NCBI GenBank assembly: GCA_964291265.2
Contig: OZ219747.1
Coordinates: 416,001-480,000, forward strand
Length of the DNA stretch: 64,000 nucleotides
Direction of reading: 5' to 3'
DNA from: Alphaproteobacteria bacterium
GTDB taxonomy: Bacteria; Pseudomonadota; Alphaproteobacteria; SP197
The position numbers and the translations under genes are program-made. The notes under the pieces are model-generated. The model was not told the origin of the DNA. It made no database searches and saw only the letters and a program-made list of their open reading frames with translations. Below are positions 1 through 10,639 of the stretch, one piece after another. Numbering within the stretch: the first letter of the stretch is position 1; each line of letters opens with the position of its first letter.

Positions 1-2
1 TC

Positions 3-887
3 TTCGTTGCCTCCACCGGGGTGATCGGCGAAGCGCTGCCCGTTTCCTCCATCGTCACGGCCCTTCCCGGAATCGCGTCCTCACTGGATGCCGACGCCTG
101 GCACGACGCCGCCCGGGCCATCATGACCACGGACACGTTTCCCAAGGGCTCCTCGTTCGTCACCTCGATCGCCGGAACGCCGGTGACGATCACGGGATTC
201 GCCAAGGGTTCCGGCATGATCGCGCCCGACATGGCGACGATGCTGGCCTACGTCTTCACGGATGCGGCGGTGCCGGCCGCCATTCTCCAGCCCTTGCTCG
301 CCTCGGCGGCCGACCGCTCCTTCAACGCCATCACCGTGGACAGCGACACCTCGACCAGCGACACGCTGCAGCTCTTTGCCACGGGCCGGGCCCGGCACCC
401 GGCCATCACCGATCGTCGGGACCCGCACCTCAAGGCCTTCCGCGAGGCGCTCGACGCCCTCTGCCTCGACCTGGCGCATCAGGTCGTCAGGGACGGCGAA
501 GGGGCGCAGAAGTTCGTCGAGATCCGCATCAAGGGCGCCAGGTCTGCGAGGGCGGCGCGAAGAACAGGCCTTGCGATTGCCAATTCGCCGCTGGTCAAGA
601 CCGCCATTGCCGGAGGTGACGCCAACTGGGGCCGCATCGTGATGGCGGTGGGCAAGTCCGGGGAACCGGTCGCCGAGACCGACCTCGACATTCACGTGGG
701 AGGCCACGCCGTCGCCCTCGAGGGCGCACCGCCTCCGGGTTACGACGAGACACCCGTCGCCCGGCACATGGCGGGACGGGAGATCCTGATCGAGGTCTCG
801 GTCGGCACCGGACGCGGCAGGGCAACGGTCTGGACATGCGATTTCACGCGGCGCTACATCGAGATCAACGCCGACTACCGCAGCTGA
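3..887 (+). CDS. argJ: Bifunctional ornithine acetyltransferase/N-acetylglutamate synthase (5'-truncated by window edge)
   Basis: Motifs STGVIG, IMTTDTFPK, AKGSGMIAPDMATML, DSDTSTSD, DGEGA, NWGR and C-terminal INADYRS. Confidence 0.96.
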   Translation, partial: FVASTGVIGEALPVSSIVTALPGIASSLDADAWHDAARAIMTTDTFPKGSSFVTSIAGTPVTITGFAKGSGMIAPDMATMLAYVFTDAAVPAAILQPLLASAADRSFNAITVDSDTSTSDTLQLFATGRARHPAITDRRDPHLKAFREALDALCLDLAHQVVRDGEGAQKFVEIRIKGARSARAARRTGLAIANSPLVKTAIAGGDANWGRIVMAVGKSGEPVAETDLDIHVGGHAVALEGAPPPGYDETPVARHMAGREILIEVSVGTGRGRATVWTCDFTRRYIEINADYRS

Positions 888-1232
888 AGCACGACACTTT
901 CCCCGAATGCCGGGGGCTCTTCCGGAGCTCACGGCACGGCGAGAAGCGATGCCGACTCCAGTCCGACCTGACCGTCGATTCGTCACCGCGTCTTCGCCCG
1001 GAGGCGTCCGCATCCAGTCGGGTAGACCACTGGCACGCGCATCCTCAAGGCAGAGGCCTTGTCCGTCACCGCTCTTTCGATTGCGGGCGAGGGGGAGCCC
1101 CCGGTTAAGGTTGAGCCCGACGAGGCAAGGCGGGCGTGTCGGGCCGCGCCGCTTCGGCGGCGTGGTTCCGATAATCGGCCCCTCTTTCCGCTGCCGCTTG
1201 CCTTAGCGCGCGACAGTCGCCAAACTCCGTCC

Positions 1233-1469
1233 ATGGTTGCTGCCTTCGATACCATTGCTGCCGTTCACCGGCTGGAAGACGCCGGTTTTTCGCGCGAGGC
1301 GGCCGAAGCGGTCACGGCGAGCGACCTCGAGGCGTCCGGGGCAGGCCGCGACGGGCTGGCGACCAAGGCGGACCTTGCGGCGCTGGAGGCCCGCATCACC
1401 TGGCGCATTGTCGGCATTGTAATCGCCGCAAACGCACTGCTGCTCGCTGCCTTCAAACTGATTCCGTAA
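1233..1469 (+). CDS. Small coiled-coil membrane-anchored protein (DUF1640/CCDC90-like)
   Basis: FDT..AV.RL..AGF....AEAV and LATKADL motifs plus hydrophobic C-terminus; ATG 1233 lies inside the longer ORF call. Confidence 0.7.
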   Translation: MVAAFDTIAAVHRLEDAGFSREAAEAVTASDLEASGAGRDGLATKADLAALEARITWRIVGIVIAANALLLAAFKLIP

Positions 1470-1674
1470 CACCCCGCCCTCCGCCGACCGTCCCGCTGAG
1501 GCAAAACCCCGGCCCCGGCGCTCGTTGACGCTCGGACGGGGTTGCCGTCATGCTTGCCTCCGGGACGCCGGCATGCGACATGCCGGCGACGGCTGAACGG
1601 CTGCGCCCGGTTCGGCGCTTACGGAAGCCAGGGCCCAAGCGTGTCCGGTCGATCTCGAAGCCAGGACAATTTCG

Positions 1675-2139
1675 ATGATCTGGACATCGATCAAATGGAT
1701 CGCAGGACTCGGCGTTGTCGCCGTCATGGCCTTGATCCTCCTCGGCAAGAAGACATTTCACGCGGAGGCGACCATTCCGGCTCCGCCTTCCGCCGTGTGG
1801 GAGGTATTGATGGACACGGCCAGGTACCCGGAATGGAATCCCGTCTTTGTGAGCGTCAGCGGCCCCTATGAACAGGACGGCGAAATTCTGAAGATGACGG
1901 CAACGGTCGCCGAACTCGTCCCCGAGAGGAAACTGCGCCAGAAGGGCGGCGTGACCGGCTTCATCACGTTCGACCATCAATGGCTTCTCGAACCCGTTGA
2001 CGGTGGAACCAGGGTCATCCAGCACGAGGTGGATCGCGGCCTTTACCTGTGGTTCTGGGATTCGAGCTGGATCGAGCCCGCCTACGGCAGAACGAACGAA
2101 GCGCTCAAGGCCCGCGTCATGTCGCTCGGCGGCCGATAA
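1675..2139 (+). CDS. SRPBCC (polyketide cyclase/START) family protein
   Basis: N-terminal hydrophobic helix; I.APP..VW.VL.D..RYPEWNP motif; C-terminal ALK helix. Confidence 0.8.
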   Translation: MIWTSIKWIAGLGVVAVMALILLGKKTFHAEATIPAPPSAVWEVLMDTARYPEWNPVFVSVSGPYEQDGEILKMTATVAELVPERKLRQKGGVTGFITFDHQWLLEPVDGGTRVIQHEVDRGLYLWFWDSSWIEPAYGRTNEALKARVMSLGGR

Positions 2140-2913
2140 TGGCCTGTGCCTCGTCGGCAGGGAGATCGAGGCCATGGTCCTCGCGCTCAAGCGCCATGGT
2201 CGCCCAATCCGTCAGGCGGATCATGTCCGGGCCTTTCGCGCTGCATCCAGCGAGAAAGGCCCGGACGCAGCTGCCTACGGCAGTCGAAGCAGTTGGGGAG
2301 CACGTGGCAGAAGCCCCATGGAAGCCAGCAGGCGCCCGTCGACCACCGGGGACCTGATGACACCCGACCGCTGGTCCTCGTTGAAGGTGCTGTGCGACAC
2401 GCTCAGCACACGGGCGCGCCGCGCGGTGCGCCGAAGGCCGTCTCGCTCCTGGCCCCCGGGAGCTTCACCGCACGGTAGACGGTGGGCCGCGAGACATCGA
2501 AGCCCTGGCCGGATCGACACGGCGGACGCCGGCGACCGCGTAGAACCTGGCGATGCACAGGGCCTGTCGACGGGCGGCAGACAGTCGAAGGGCTCAAGAT
2601 CGGAGAAGTGTACCATGCCTGATCGCCGATGACGGCCCACGAGAAGAACGAGGGTGTGGCATCGGCTCCCAGGAGCCGCAGGCAGGGTGTCACGACAGAC
2701 CAGAGATTGAACATTCGATATTGGACACACGTACCGCCACACATCAAGCGGAAACTGCGCCGAAACCGCCGGAAACACGGGAAAACAGTGGATCTCCCGA
2801 CGTCTGCGACATGCCTCCTCGGAAGATCAGGTCAGAGTGCCCGAGACTCCGAACCGCGACCATCGGAACCTCTCCATCCACTCTCGTGGCAAGGCCCGTT
2901 GTCTGTCCAGACG

Positions 2914-4077
2914 TCACGGTTCCGCGACGAGCGATGCCAGTTCTGCCAGACCGATCACTTCGACGCCGTCGCCCTTGGGGTATCGTTCGATGCCCGGGTA
3001 CACGACGAAGGAGCGGTCCGGCTGGAGGTCTTCGCGCGCGTGATGAAATCCCCTGTCCAGCCGGGGGGCGAGGCTGCGCTTGATCTCGATAGCCCACAAT
3101 GCTCCGCCCGGCATCTGGAGCACCAGATCGATTTCGGCGCCGCCTGTCGTTCGGTATAGGAAAGACTGAACGCGCCCTGGAGCGACGCCGAGGAGGTTTT
3201 CCAGCACGAACCCTTCCCAACTTCCGCCGGCGGCCGGGTGACCGAGCACTGCATCCCTGTCATCGAGCCCCAGCAGGGTGTGAACGAGGCCGCTGTCGCG
3301 CACGTAGACCTTCGGGGATTTCACCAGGCGCTTGGAGACATTGACATGGAATGGTGGCAGGCGGCGCACCAGCAGGAGGTCGACAAGCAGGTCGAGATAG
3401 CGGGCGACCGTCTTGCCATCGACGGCCAGACTTCGGGCGATCTGAGCCGCGTTGAGGATACTGCCCTGCAGGTGGGCCAGCATGGTCCAGAAACGGCGCA
3501 ACGTTTCCGCCGGTATGCGCGGTCCCAGTTGAGGAACATCGCGTTCCAGGTATGTACGGACAAAGGCCTCGCGCCAGACTGCGCTCGCCTCATCGCTCGC
3601 CGCGAGAAAACTGTCCGGGAATCCCCCCCGGACCCAGAGCCTCTCGTCCGGGTCATTCCCGACTTCGAGAACGTTGAAAGGACCCAGCTCGACATAGGCA
3701 ATCCGGCCGGCAAGGGATTCTCCCGACTGTCTGAGCAGATCGATCGAAGCTGAGCCGAGGAGCAGGAACCGGCCGGCGCGGAGACCCTGGCGGCGTCCCT
3801 TGTCTATGAGAACGCGAAGGGTCTGGAACAGCTCCGGCGCCCGCTGCACCTCGTCAATGATGATGAGGCCCTCTACGTGTCCGGAAAGGTAATGTGCGGC
3901 ATCGGTCAACTTCTCGCGGTCGGATGCGTCCTCGAGGTCGAGATAGAGGCCGGCCCGCTCTTGCGAGATGAGTCCGGCCAATGTGGTCTTGCCTGCCTGA
4001 CGCGGACCCAGGACAGCCACGGCGGGGAATTGATCCAGCCGGGCACGAACGACCTGTAGCGCTTGACGACTTATCAT
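2914..4077 (-). CDS. AAA_14 ATPase with DUF4143 domain
   Basis: Walker A GPRQAGKTT, Walker B IIIDEVQ, LLGSAS, ESLAGR, RGGFP, KSPKVYVRDSG, C-terminal EIDL...IEIK. Confidence 0.9.
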   Translation of the reverse strand: MISRQALQVVRARLDQFPAVAVLGPRQAGKTTLAGLISQERAGLYLDLEDASDREKLTDAAHYLSGHVEGLIIIDEVQRAPELFQTLRVLIDKGRRQGLRAGRFLLLGSASIDLLRQSGESLAGRIAYVELGPFNVLEVGNDPDERLWVRGGFPDSFLAASDEASAVWREAFVRTYLERDVPQLGPRIPAETLRRFWTMLAHLQGSILNAAQIARSLAVDGKTVARYLDLLVDLLLVRRLPPFHVNVSKRLVKSPKVYVRDSGLVHTLLGLDDRDAVLGHPAAGGSWEGFVLENLLGVAPGRVQSFLYRTTGGAEIDLVLQMPGGALWAIEIKRSLAPRLDRGFHHAREDLQPDRSFVVYPGIERYPKGDGVEVIGLAELASLVAEP

Positions 4078-4119
4078 CCTTGCATTTGTGGCGCATCACA
4101 CCACAAATGCAAGGATGAT
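4073..4119. promoter_or_regulatory. Perfect 19-bp inverted repeat overlapping the AAA_14 start codon
   Basis: ATCATCCTTGCATTTGTGG (4073-4091), 9-nt spacer, CCACAAATGCAAGGATGAT (4101-4119). Confidence 0.6.
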
Positions 4120-4271
4120 TTCCGGATGGATTGTCTGACCGCGCGGGCCCGACAGCATCGACAGAGGCCGTGTGCACGGGCATCCACTCGAGACAGGGGC
4201 ATGTCGTCGCACCTTGTGTCACTTCCGCCCCGGTGCCAGCATGACGAGAGCTTGACGTTCGGGAGACCGGC

Positions 4272-5280
4272 ATGGAATGGGTTCACGACCGGAAGGTGCT
4301 GCCTCTGCCCGGGGCGACATTCGGCAGGCTGATCGAGGTCGATGACGCCGAGACATTCACGAGCAAGGTCGAAGAAGCACCCGACGTTCTCCCGTCCCTG
4401 CTCTGCGAGGCAGGCGGACTCCTCGTCCTGAAGGGCATGGGAGCGATTTCGGGACACCCTGAACTCCTGGTCAGGCTCAGCCATCCCTTCGGCACGGAGG
4501 TGGAGGACTACGCCCTCACCTCGAACCGCCGCAACCTCCTTCATCCGGCCTCGACCCGGATCATCCGGATCTCCAACCGGCCACCGATGAATTTCGAGCC
4601 GCCGGAACCCCCGGATCCGCCGCGCACCGCCGACGGCGGGCTCCCGATCCGGTTTCCTCACCGGCGCGGCTGGCACACTGATCAGAGTTTCCGCCGCCCG
4701 CCGCCCGACATCTCGCTCTTCTACGCCCACGAACCGGCGCCTCGTGACCAGGGCCAGACGCTCTATGCCGATGGAACGGGCGCCTGGGAACGCCTTGACG
4801 ACGAGCTCGCCGCCATCGCCGAAGGCCTTGTCGGTATCCATGTCGCGCCCTTCAAGGGACATGGCGAGGACGATGTCCGGGAAGGGCGTGAGCCCCATGC
4901 CCTGAACGAACGCGACGGTCCCCAGCCCCAACCGGTGGTGCGCGTCCACCCGGTCAGCGGACGCAAGGCACTCTACCTGTGCGAACGCGAGCAGATGGAC
5001 TGGATCCACGGTCCCTTTGCCGGAATGGAGCCGGGCGTGCATGGCGAGGCGGCACAGCTCCTCTACCGCCTGATGCACCATTTCACGCAGCCCGCCCTTA
5101 CCTATGCCCATCACTGGGACCAGGGGGATCTCGTGATCTACGACAACAGGTGCACGATCCATTCGGCCACCTGGTTCGATGCCGCGAAGCACAACCGTGA
5201 CATGTGGCGCACCACCGTGTGGGGCAATCCAGGACCGTTCTACGACGGCGAGGCGAGGAGCTGGGAGGCGACGCCGCTAG
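4272..5280 (+). CDS. TauD/TfdA family 2-oxoglutarate dioxygenase (domain ends ~5280; ORF stays open to 6158)
   Basis: WHTD motif, G.T.YAD, PVVRVHPVSGRKALY, W..GDLVIYDNRCTIH, R.MWRTT. Confidence 0.85.
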
Positions 5281-6041
5281 AGGCTGATCGTCAGGCCGCC
5301 ATCGACCGTGAGGACATGGCCGTTGACATAGGCCGCCGCATCGGAGGCAAGGTAGAGCGCCGCCCAGCCGATGTCCGAGGGCTCTCCCCAGCGCCCCGCA
5401 GGAGTCCTGGTCCTGACAGACTCGAAAAATGCCGGATCGTCCTGAAGGGGCTTCGTCAGCTCCGTGACGACATAGCCGGGAGCGATGGCATTGACGGTGA
5501 TTCCGTGCGCCCCGAGTTCCGTCGCCATGACGCGAACGAGGGCGTTCATGCCCCCCTTGGCCGCTCCGTAGGCCGGCACATGCTCGCGTCCGAGGGAGGC
5601 GATGATCGACGAGATGAAGATGATGCGGCCGCGGGCCTGCTCCACCATGCGGCGCGCCACGGCCTGCGAGAGGCGAAATCCGGCCGAGAGATGCACGTCG
5701 AGCGTGCGCTGCCAGTCTTCGAACCCATGTTCGAGAAACGGCACGCGCATGCCATGGCCGGCGTTGTGGACGAGGATGTCGATCGTTCCCTGCCGGTCGC
5801 GAAACTCCTCGATCTTCCCGAGGGCGGTGTCGATGTCGCTGACGTCGAAGACAAGGTCATGCGCCTCGACGCCGGACTCGCCCAGTTCGCGGCACGCCCC
5901 GATCGTTGTCAGTGGATCACGGCCGTTGATGCCGACGACCGCTCCCGCTTCGCCCAGGGTCCTGGCTATGGCAAGCCCGAGACCACGCGTCGACCCGGTG
6001 ACGACGGCGCTCCGTCCGGCAAGGGAGAAGGGATGGGTCAT
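5277..6041 (-). CDS. SDR oxidoreductase (gluconate 5-dehydrogenase-like)
   Basis: TGSTRGLG, HNAG, catalytic YGAAK, VNAIAPG, VDGG; start overlaps the upstream stop (ATGA). Confidence 0.92.
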   Translation of the reverse strand: MTHPFSLAGRSAVVTGSTRGLGLAIARTLGEAGAVVGINGRDPLTTIGACRELGESGVEAHDLVFDVSDIDTALGKIEEFRDRQGTIDILVHNAGHGMRVPFLEHGFEDWQRTLDVHLSAGFRLSQAVARRMVEQARGRIIFISSIIASLGREHVPAYGAAKGGMNALVRVMATELGAHGITVNAIAPGYVVTELTKPLQDDPAFFESVRTRTPAGRWGEPSDIGWAALYLASDAAAYVNGHVLTVDGGLTISL

Positions 6042-8194
6042 GGCCGGTGCTTCCCGATGCAGGGGGCCGGAAGGGTATCGTCCTGTTGCGGGACCACAAT
6101 CGGCCTGTGTGGAACGATGAGGGCATCGGCAACGGTACACCCCTCGCCTTCGCCGTGAACGATGAGGGGATTGATGTCGACTCCTTCAAGCCATGGCTCG
6201 CGAGCCGCGGCAAACTCGGACAGGACCATCAAGGCAGCGATGAGGGCGGACCGGTCCGCCCGTGGCGCACCGCGCCATCCCGCGAGCATCTCATCGAGAC
6301 GGCGACCGCCGACGAGTGCCGCCACTTCGTCATCGGCTGCCGGTACGCACGCTGTGGCGACCTCATTCACGAGTTCGGCCAGAACGCCGCCAGGCCCGAC
6401 GGCCATCACGAGGCCGAACGAGGGGTCACGGGCGATGCCGGCGATGACCTCGACTCCCGGCGCTGCCATCTCCTGAACCACGATTTCCGCTTCCGGCAAG
6501 CCGGCAAGCCGTTGCTCCAGATCTGCGAAGGCTTCCTTCACGGCATCATCACCGGCAAGGGAGAGTTTCACAAGGTCATGCTCGCTGCGGTGCGGCAGGT
6601 GGTCGCCCACCGCCTTCATCGCAACGAAGCCACCGAGGTCCCGGGACGCCGCAACGGCATCATCCGAAGTGGCGACACGGATGCTGCGGGTCACCCTCAT
6701 CCCGGCATCGGCGAGAAGGCGCTTCGCATCGAGTTCGTGAAGAGTGGGCCTCGAAACCCAGTCCGGCGGCTGTCCGACGAGAGCCACGTCTGCGGGGCAT
6801 CGTCGAACCGATCCGTTCCAGGCGGCATGGCGAGTGATGGCGCCGAGGCCCTGGGACATGCCGCTGATGGTCGTGATGCCCTCGACGAGCAGTTTTCTGA
6901 CCTGGCTCGTGCGCATGATCCCGTGCCTCGCCGACATGAGGTAGAATGGCAGGGTAGCGTGCCGATGGGCATTGATGATGGCCGGGGTGATGGCCTCGTC
7001 CTGTCCCTCGTACTCCACGGCCTGGCCGTCGTTGCTGTCGAGCAGCACCACCACCGCATCATAGGCGCCGGACACCGAGGTTTCCCGCATCGCCACCTCG
7101 AAGTTGCCGGCAAAGTCGCCCTGCCCCCAGACATCGACCGGATTGCCGTCTCCGGTGATTGACCCGATCTTGGCTTCGACCGCCTGCCGTGCGGCAGGCG
7201 GCAGGGGTGGAAGGTTCAGCTCCCCGCCCTCGGCCAGATCGAGTGCAAGGCCGGCATGACCGCCCGAGCCCGTGATCACGGCGAGCCGGTCGCCGGCAGG
7301 CCGGCGTTCCGACTGGGTGACCGCCATCACTTCCACCATCTCCTCGAGATCGTGCACCTCGATGGCGCGGTGTGCCCTGAGCACCGCGGAGAGAACCCGC
7401 GATTCACCGGCGAGGCCGCCGGTGTGGGTCTCGATGGCCGCCGCCGCCCGGGTCGACCTGCCGGTCTTGAGCACGATGACCGGCTTGCCGGCATCATGGG
7501 CGCGATCGAGCGCGGCAACAAACCTCTCCGGTTCGCGCACGGTTTCGGCGAAAAGTGCAATGACCCCGGTCTCCGGATCGTCGACGAGGTACTCGATGTA
7601 GCGCGCGGCCGTCATGGCTGCCTCGTTGCCGCTCGAAATGACGTGGCTGAACCCGAAACGCCGGGTGTCCGACAGGAAACCGATGGCGATCGAGCCGCTC
7701 TGCGAAACGACACCGACGTTGCCGGCAAGACGGGGGGGATCCACCACGTCCATCATGAAGAGCGAGCACCTGTTGTGGAGGCTCATGGTCCCCATGCAGT
7801 TGGGTCCGCACAGGGCGACACCGGCCTCCCGGCACATGGCAACGAGCGCCTGCTGGTCGTCTCCGCCCTCCCCGCCGGCTTCGGCGAAGGCGCCGGAATA
7901 GACCACGACCGCCCCGGCGCCGCAAGCCACCGCCTTTTCGGCCTCGCCCATCACCCGGTCCCGGGAAAGGCAGATGGCAACCGCGTCGATCCTGCCCTCG
8001 ATCTCCCGGATGTCGGCGTGGCAAACATGGTCCAGGACCGTCTCGTTGCGTGGATGGACGGGGAGAATCCTTCCCCCGTAGCCCAGGACATCGAGCGAAC
8101 GGATGATGGTGCGCCCCAGCGATGGGCGCTCCGAGGCTCCGACAACGGCAATCGAAGACGGCGCCAACAGGCGATCCAGGGCCATCTCGCTCAT
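6038..8194 (-). CDS. Acyl-CoA synthetase, ADP-forming (acetate-CoA ligase family)
   Basis: SIAVVGAS, GPNCMG, SQSG, SSGNEA, phospho-His HTGGLAG, C-terminal ATP-grasp DINPL; start codon uncertain. Confidence 0.9.
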   Translation of the reverse strand: MSEMALDRLLAPSSIAVVGASERPSLGRTIIRSLDVLGYGGRILPVHPRNETVLDHVCHADIREIEGRIDAVAICLSRDRVMGEAEKAVACGAGAVVVYSGAFAEAGGEGGDDQQALVAMCREAGVALCGPNCMGTMSLHNRCSLFMMDVVDPPRLAGNVGVVSQSGSIAIGFLSDTRRFGFSHVISSGNEAAMTAARYIEYLVDDPETGVIALFAETVREPERFVAALDRAHDAGKPVIVLKTGRSTRAAAAIETHTGGLAGESRVLSAVLRAHRAIEVHDLEEMVEVMAVTQSERRPAGDRLAVITGSGGHAGLALDLAEGGELNLPPLPPAARQAVEAKIGSITGDGNPVDVWGQGDFAGNFEVAMRETSVSGAYDAVVVLLDSNDGQAVEYEGQDEAITPAIINAHRHATLPFYLMSARHGIMRTSQVRKLLVEGITTISGMSQGLGAITRHAAWNGSVRRCPADVALVGQPPDWVSRPTLHELDAKRLLADAGMRVTRSIRVATSDDAVAASRDLGGFVAMKAVGDHLPHRSEHDLVKLSLAGDDAVKEAFADLEQRLAGLPEAEIVVQEMAAPGVEVIAGIARDPSFGLVMAVGPGGVLAELVNEVATACVPAADDEVAALVGGRRLDEMLAGWRGAPRADRSALIAALMVLSEFAAAREPWLEGVDINPLIVHGEGEGCTVADALIVPHRPIVVPQQDDTLPAPCIGKHRP

Positions 8195-8318
8195 CCCCGA
8201 CGACTCTCCCGGCAATCCGAGGACCGTCGTTAATCCCCCGCGTCGCCGGGGTCAACGCCCGCTTGCAGACGCATTCGCCGGCCTCTAACGTGTGTGCCTT
8301 CCAACTGACGGGGGCGGC

Positions 8319-9494
8319 GTGAGCGAGTGCATCGAGCGATTTCGCGAGGAGGTGCGTGCGTTCATCCGCGAGGCGCTCCCCGATGACCTCAGGCGCAAGG
8401 TGAAACGCGAACACGCCGGTCTCACGCCCGCCGACACCAGCCGCTGGATGAGAATCCTCCACGACCGCGGCTGGAGCTGTCCCTCCTGGCCTGTCGAACA
8501 CGGCGGCCCCGGCTGGTCCCTCGAACAGCGGTATGTCTTCGAGAGGGAACTGGCTCTCAATGACGCGCCGCCCGTCAGCGTCCTTTCCGCCGGCATGGTG
8601 GGACCGGCGCTGATCGAGTTCGGCACGAGCGCCCAGAAGGAACGGTTTCTGCCCGGTCTCGCCAACGGCGACATCATTCTCTGCCAGGGGTATTCCGAAC
8701 CGGATGCGGGGTCGGACCTGGCATCATTGAAGTGCCGGGCAGACCGTGACGGCGATGACTATGTCATCAACGGATCCAAGATATGGACCAGCGACGCCAC
8801 CTGGGCCAACTGGATGTTCGGCCTTTTCAGAACGGACTCGTCCGGACGCAAGCAGCATGGCATCACGCTGCTCCTGGTCGACATGGCCGCACCGGGGATC
8901 TCCGTGCGACCGATCCCCACGTTCGATGGCGGCGAGGAACTCAACCAGGTTTTCTTCGAGAATGTCCGGGTTCAAGGCGCCAACCGCCTCGGGCCGGAAC
9001 ATGAAGGATGGTCGATCGGCAAGTACATTCTCAGCCTCGAACGGTTCGGGTCAGCCGAGGTCAGCCGGACCAAGGCCATGCTGAGCCGCCTCGGGAAAGT
9101 CGCTGCCCGCGAACCCCTGCGCGACGGTTACCTGATCGATGATGCCGACTTTTCCCGGAAGCTGGTGCGGACAGGGATCGCCTTGCGCCAGGTCGAACTG
9201 ACGGAGCGGCGCTTCCTCTTCGGTGAGGATGCCCCGGGCGCCGAGGCGTCTCTGCTCAAGATCAAGGGCACCGAGGTCCAGCAGCAGGTCATCTCTCTCA
9301 TGGTCGAGGCTCTGGGGCCCTATGGCCAGCTGGATCCAGACGACATGTCCGCACGCGACAACGCACCGTTGCCCGACGCGGCGCATCATGCCGCGAAGAC
9401 ATGCTTCAACCTGCGCAAGTCGACGATCTGGGGCGGGTCGAGCGAGGTCCTCAAGAACATCATCGCAAGGAGCGTGCTGGGGCTGCGGGCATGA
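8319..9494 (+). CDS. Acyl-CoA dehydrogenase, large subunit type (PimC-like)
   Basis: CQGYSEPDAGSDLASL, NGSKIWTS, TIWGGSSEVLKNII. Confidence 0.92.
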   Translation: MSECIERFREEVRAFIREALPDDLRRKVKREHAGLTPADTSRWMRILHDRGWSCPSWPVEHGGPGWSLEQRYVFERELALNDAPPVSVLSAGMVGPALIEFGTSAQKERFLPGLANGDIILCQGYSEPDAGSDLASLKCRADRDGDDYVINGSKIWTSDATWANWMFGLFRTDSSGRKQHGITLLLVDMAAPGISVRPIPTFDGGEELNQVFFENVRVQGANRLGPEHEGWSIGKYILSLERFGSAEVSRTKAMLSRLGKVAAREPLRDGYLIDDADFSRKLVRTGIALRQVELTERRFLFGEDAPGAEASLLKIKGTEVQQQVISLMVEALGPYGQLDPDDMSARDNAPLPDAAHHAAKTCFNLRKSTIWGGSSEVLKNIIARSVLGLRA

Positions 9495-10639
9495 CCGGAG
9501 GCCTCACCGAAGACCAGAGGGCATTCGCCGACAGCCTGGACCGACTGCTCGCCGATTCCCTGCCCTTCGCCCGTCGCCAGGCGGCGGTGGCGACACCCGG
9601 CGGCTTCGATGAGGATGTCTGGCGGCAGCTTGCCGAACTCGGGTGCATGGCGGCTGCCTTCCCCGAAGAACACGGCGGACTGGGAGGCGGGCCGCAAGAA
9701 CTCATGATCATCGGCGAGAAGTTCGGCCGCCACCTCGTGACCGGGCCCTTTCTTGCCAGTGTCGTTCTGGGCGGCCATGCCGTGCTGTTCGCAGGTTCCG
9801 ATGCATGGAAGGCCAGGGTGCTGCCCGGCGTTGTCAGGGGAACACGCAGGCTGGCGCTCGCCTGGGTGGAACGGCAGGCGCGCCACGACCTCCATGATGT
9901 CGCCACGAGCGTGCTGCCGGCGAACGGCAGCTGGGTGCTGTCGGGCCGCAAGGACGTGGTTCCCGGCGGCGCGCAGGCCGATGTCATCGTCGTCTCGGCG
10001 CGCGCTTCAGGTGATCGACGGGACCATGACGGCATCGTCCTCATCGCCGTACCGGCCGCTGCCCCGGGGGTCGTCCGGCTGGACGAGCGGGCCCACGACG
10101 GCAACCGGGTGTCGACGATCCTCCTCGATGGTGTCAAGGTTGCCGAGACGCAGTTTCTCACGACACCCGAGGACGGCCTCGCCGTCCTCGAACGCGTGAT
10201 CGACCATGCCACTGCCTTTGTCTGCGCCGATGCCGCGGGATCCATGCGACAGGTCTTCGAGACCACCCTGGAGTATCTCAAGACCCGGCGACAGTTCGAC
10301 CGGACGCTGGGATCATTCCAGGCGCTCCAGCATCGCCTGGTGGATCTCTACATCGACTGCGAACTCGCCTGGTCGATGGTTCTCGACGCGACGCAGGCCC
10401 TCACGTCGCCTCAGCGACGCCTTGCCGTGTCGTCGGCCAAGGTCGCGGTCGGCGAATCGGCGCGGCGGGTGGCCGAGGAGGGCGTTCAGCTCCATGGCGG
10501 TATCGGCATGACCATGGACGTGCCCGTCGGACATCATCTCAAGCGTGCCATGGTGATGAACGCCTCGTTCGGCGACGCCGACCATCACCTCGGCCTTCTC
10601 GCTTCGTCATCGGATTTCCGGGAGTCAAGCCATGTCTGA
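9491..10639 (+). CDS. Acyl-CoA dehydrogenase, small subunit type (PimD-like)
   Basis: W..LAELG, RRQFDRTLGSFQALQH, QLHGGIGMT; ATGA overlap with the previous gene. Confidence 0.9.
   Translation: MTGGLTEDQRAFADSLDRLLADSLPFARRQAAVATPGGFDEDVWRQLAELGCMAAAFPEEHGGLGGGPQELMIIGEKFGRHLVTGPFLASVVLGGHAVLFAGSDAWKARVLPGVVRGTRRLALAWVERQARHDLHDVATSVLPANGSWVLSGRKDVVPGGAQADVIVVSARASGDRRDHDGIVLIAVPAAAPGVVRLDERAHDGNRVSTILLDGVKVAETQFLTTPEDGLAVLERVIDHATAFVCADAAGSMRQVFETTLEYLKTRRQFDRTLGSFQALQHRLVDLYIDCELAWSMVLDATQALTSPQRRLAVSSAKVAVGESARRVAEEGVQLHGGIGMTMDVPVGHHLKRAMVMNASFGDADHHLGLLASSSDFRESSHV

Noticed and set aside
2140-2913. Overlapping ORFs between the SRPBCC and AAA genes
   Set aside because: No motifs; composition typical of spurious GC-rich ORFs
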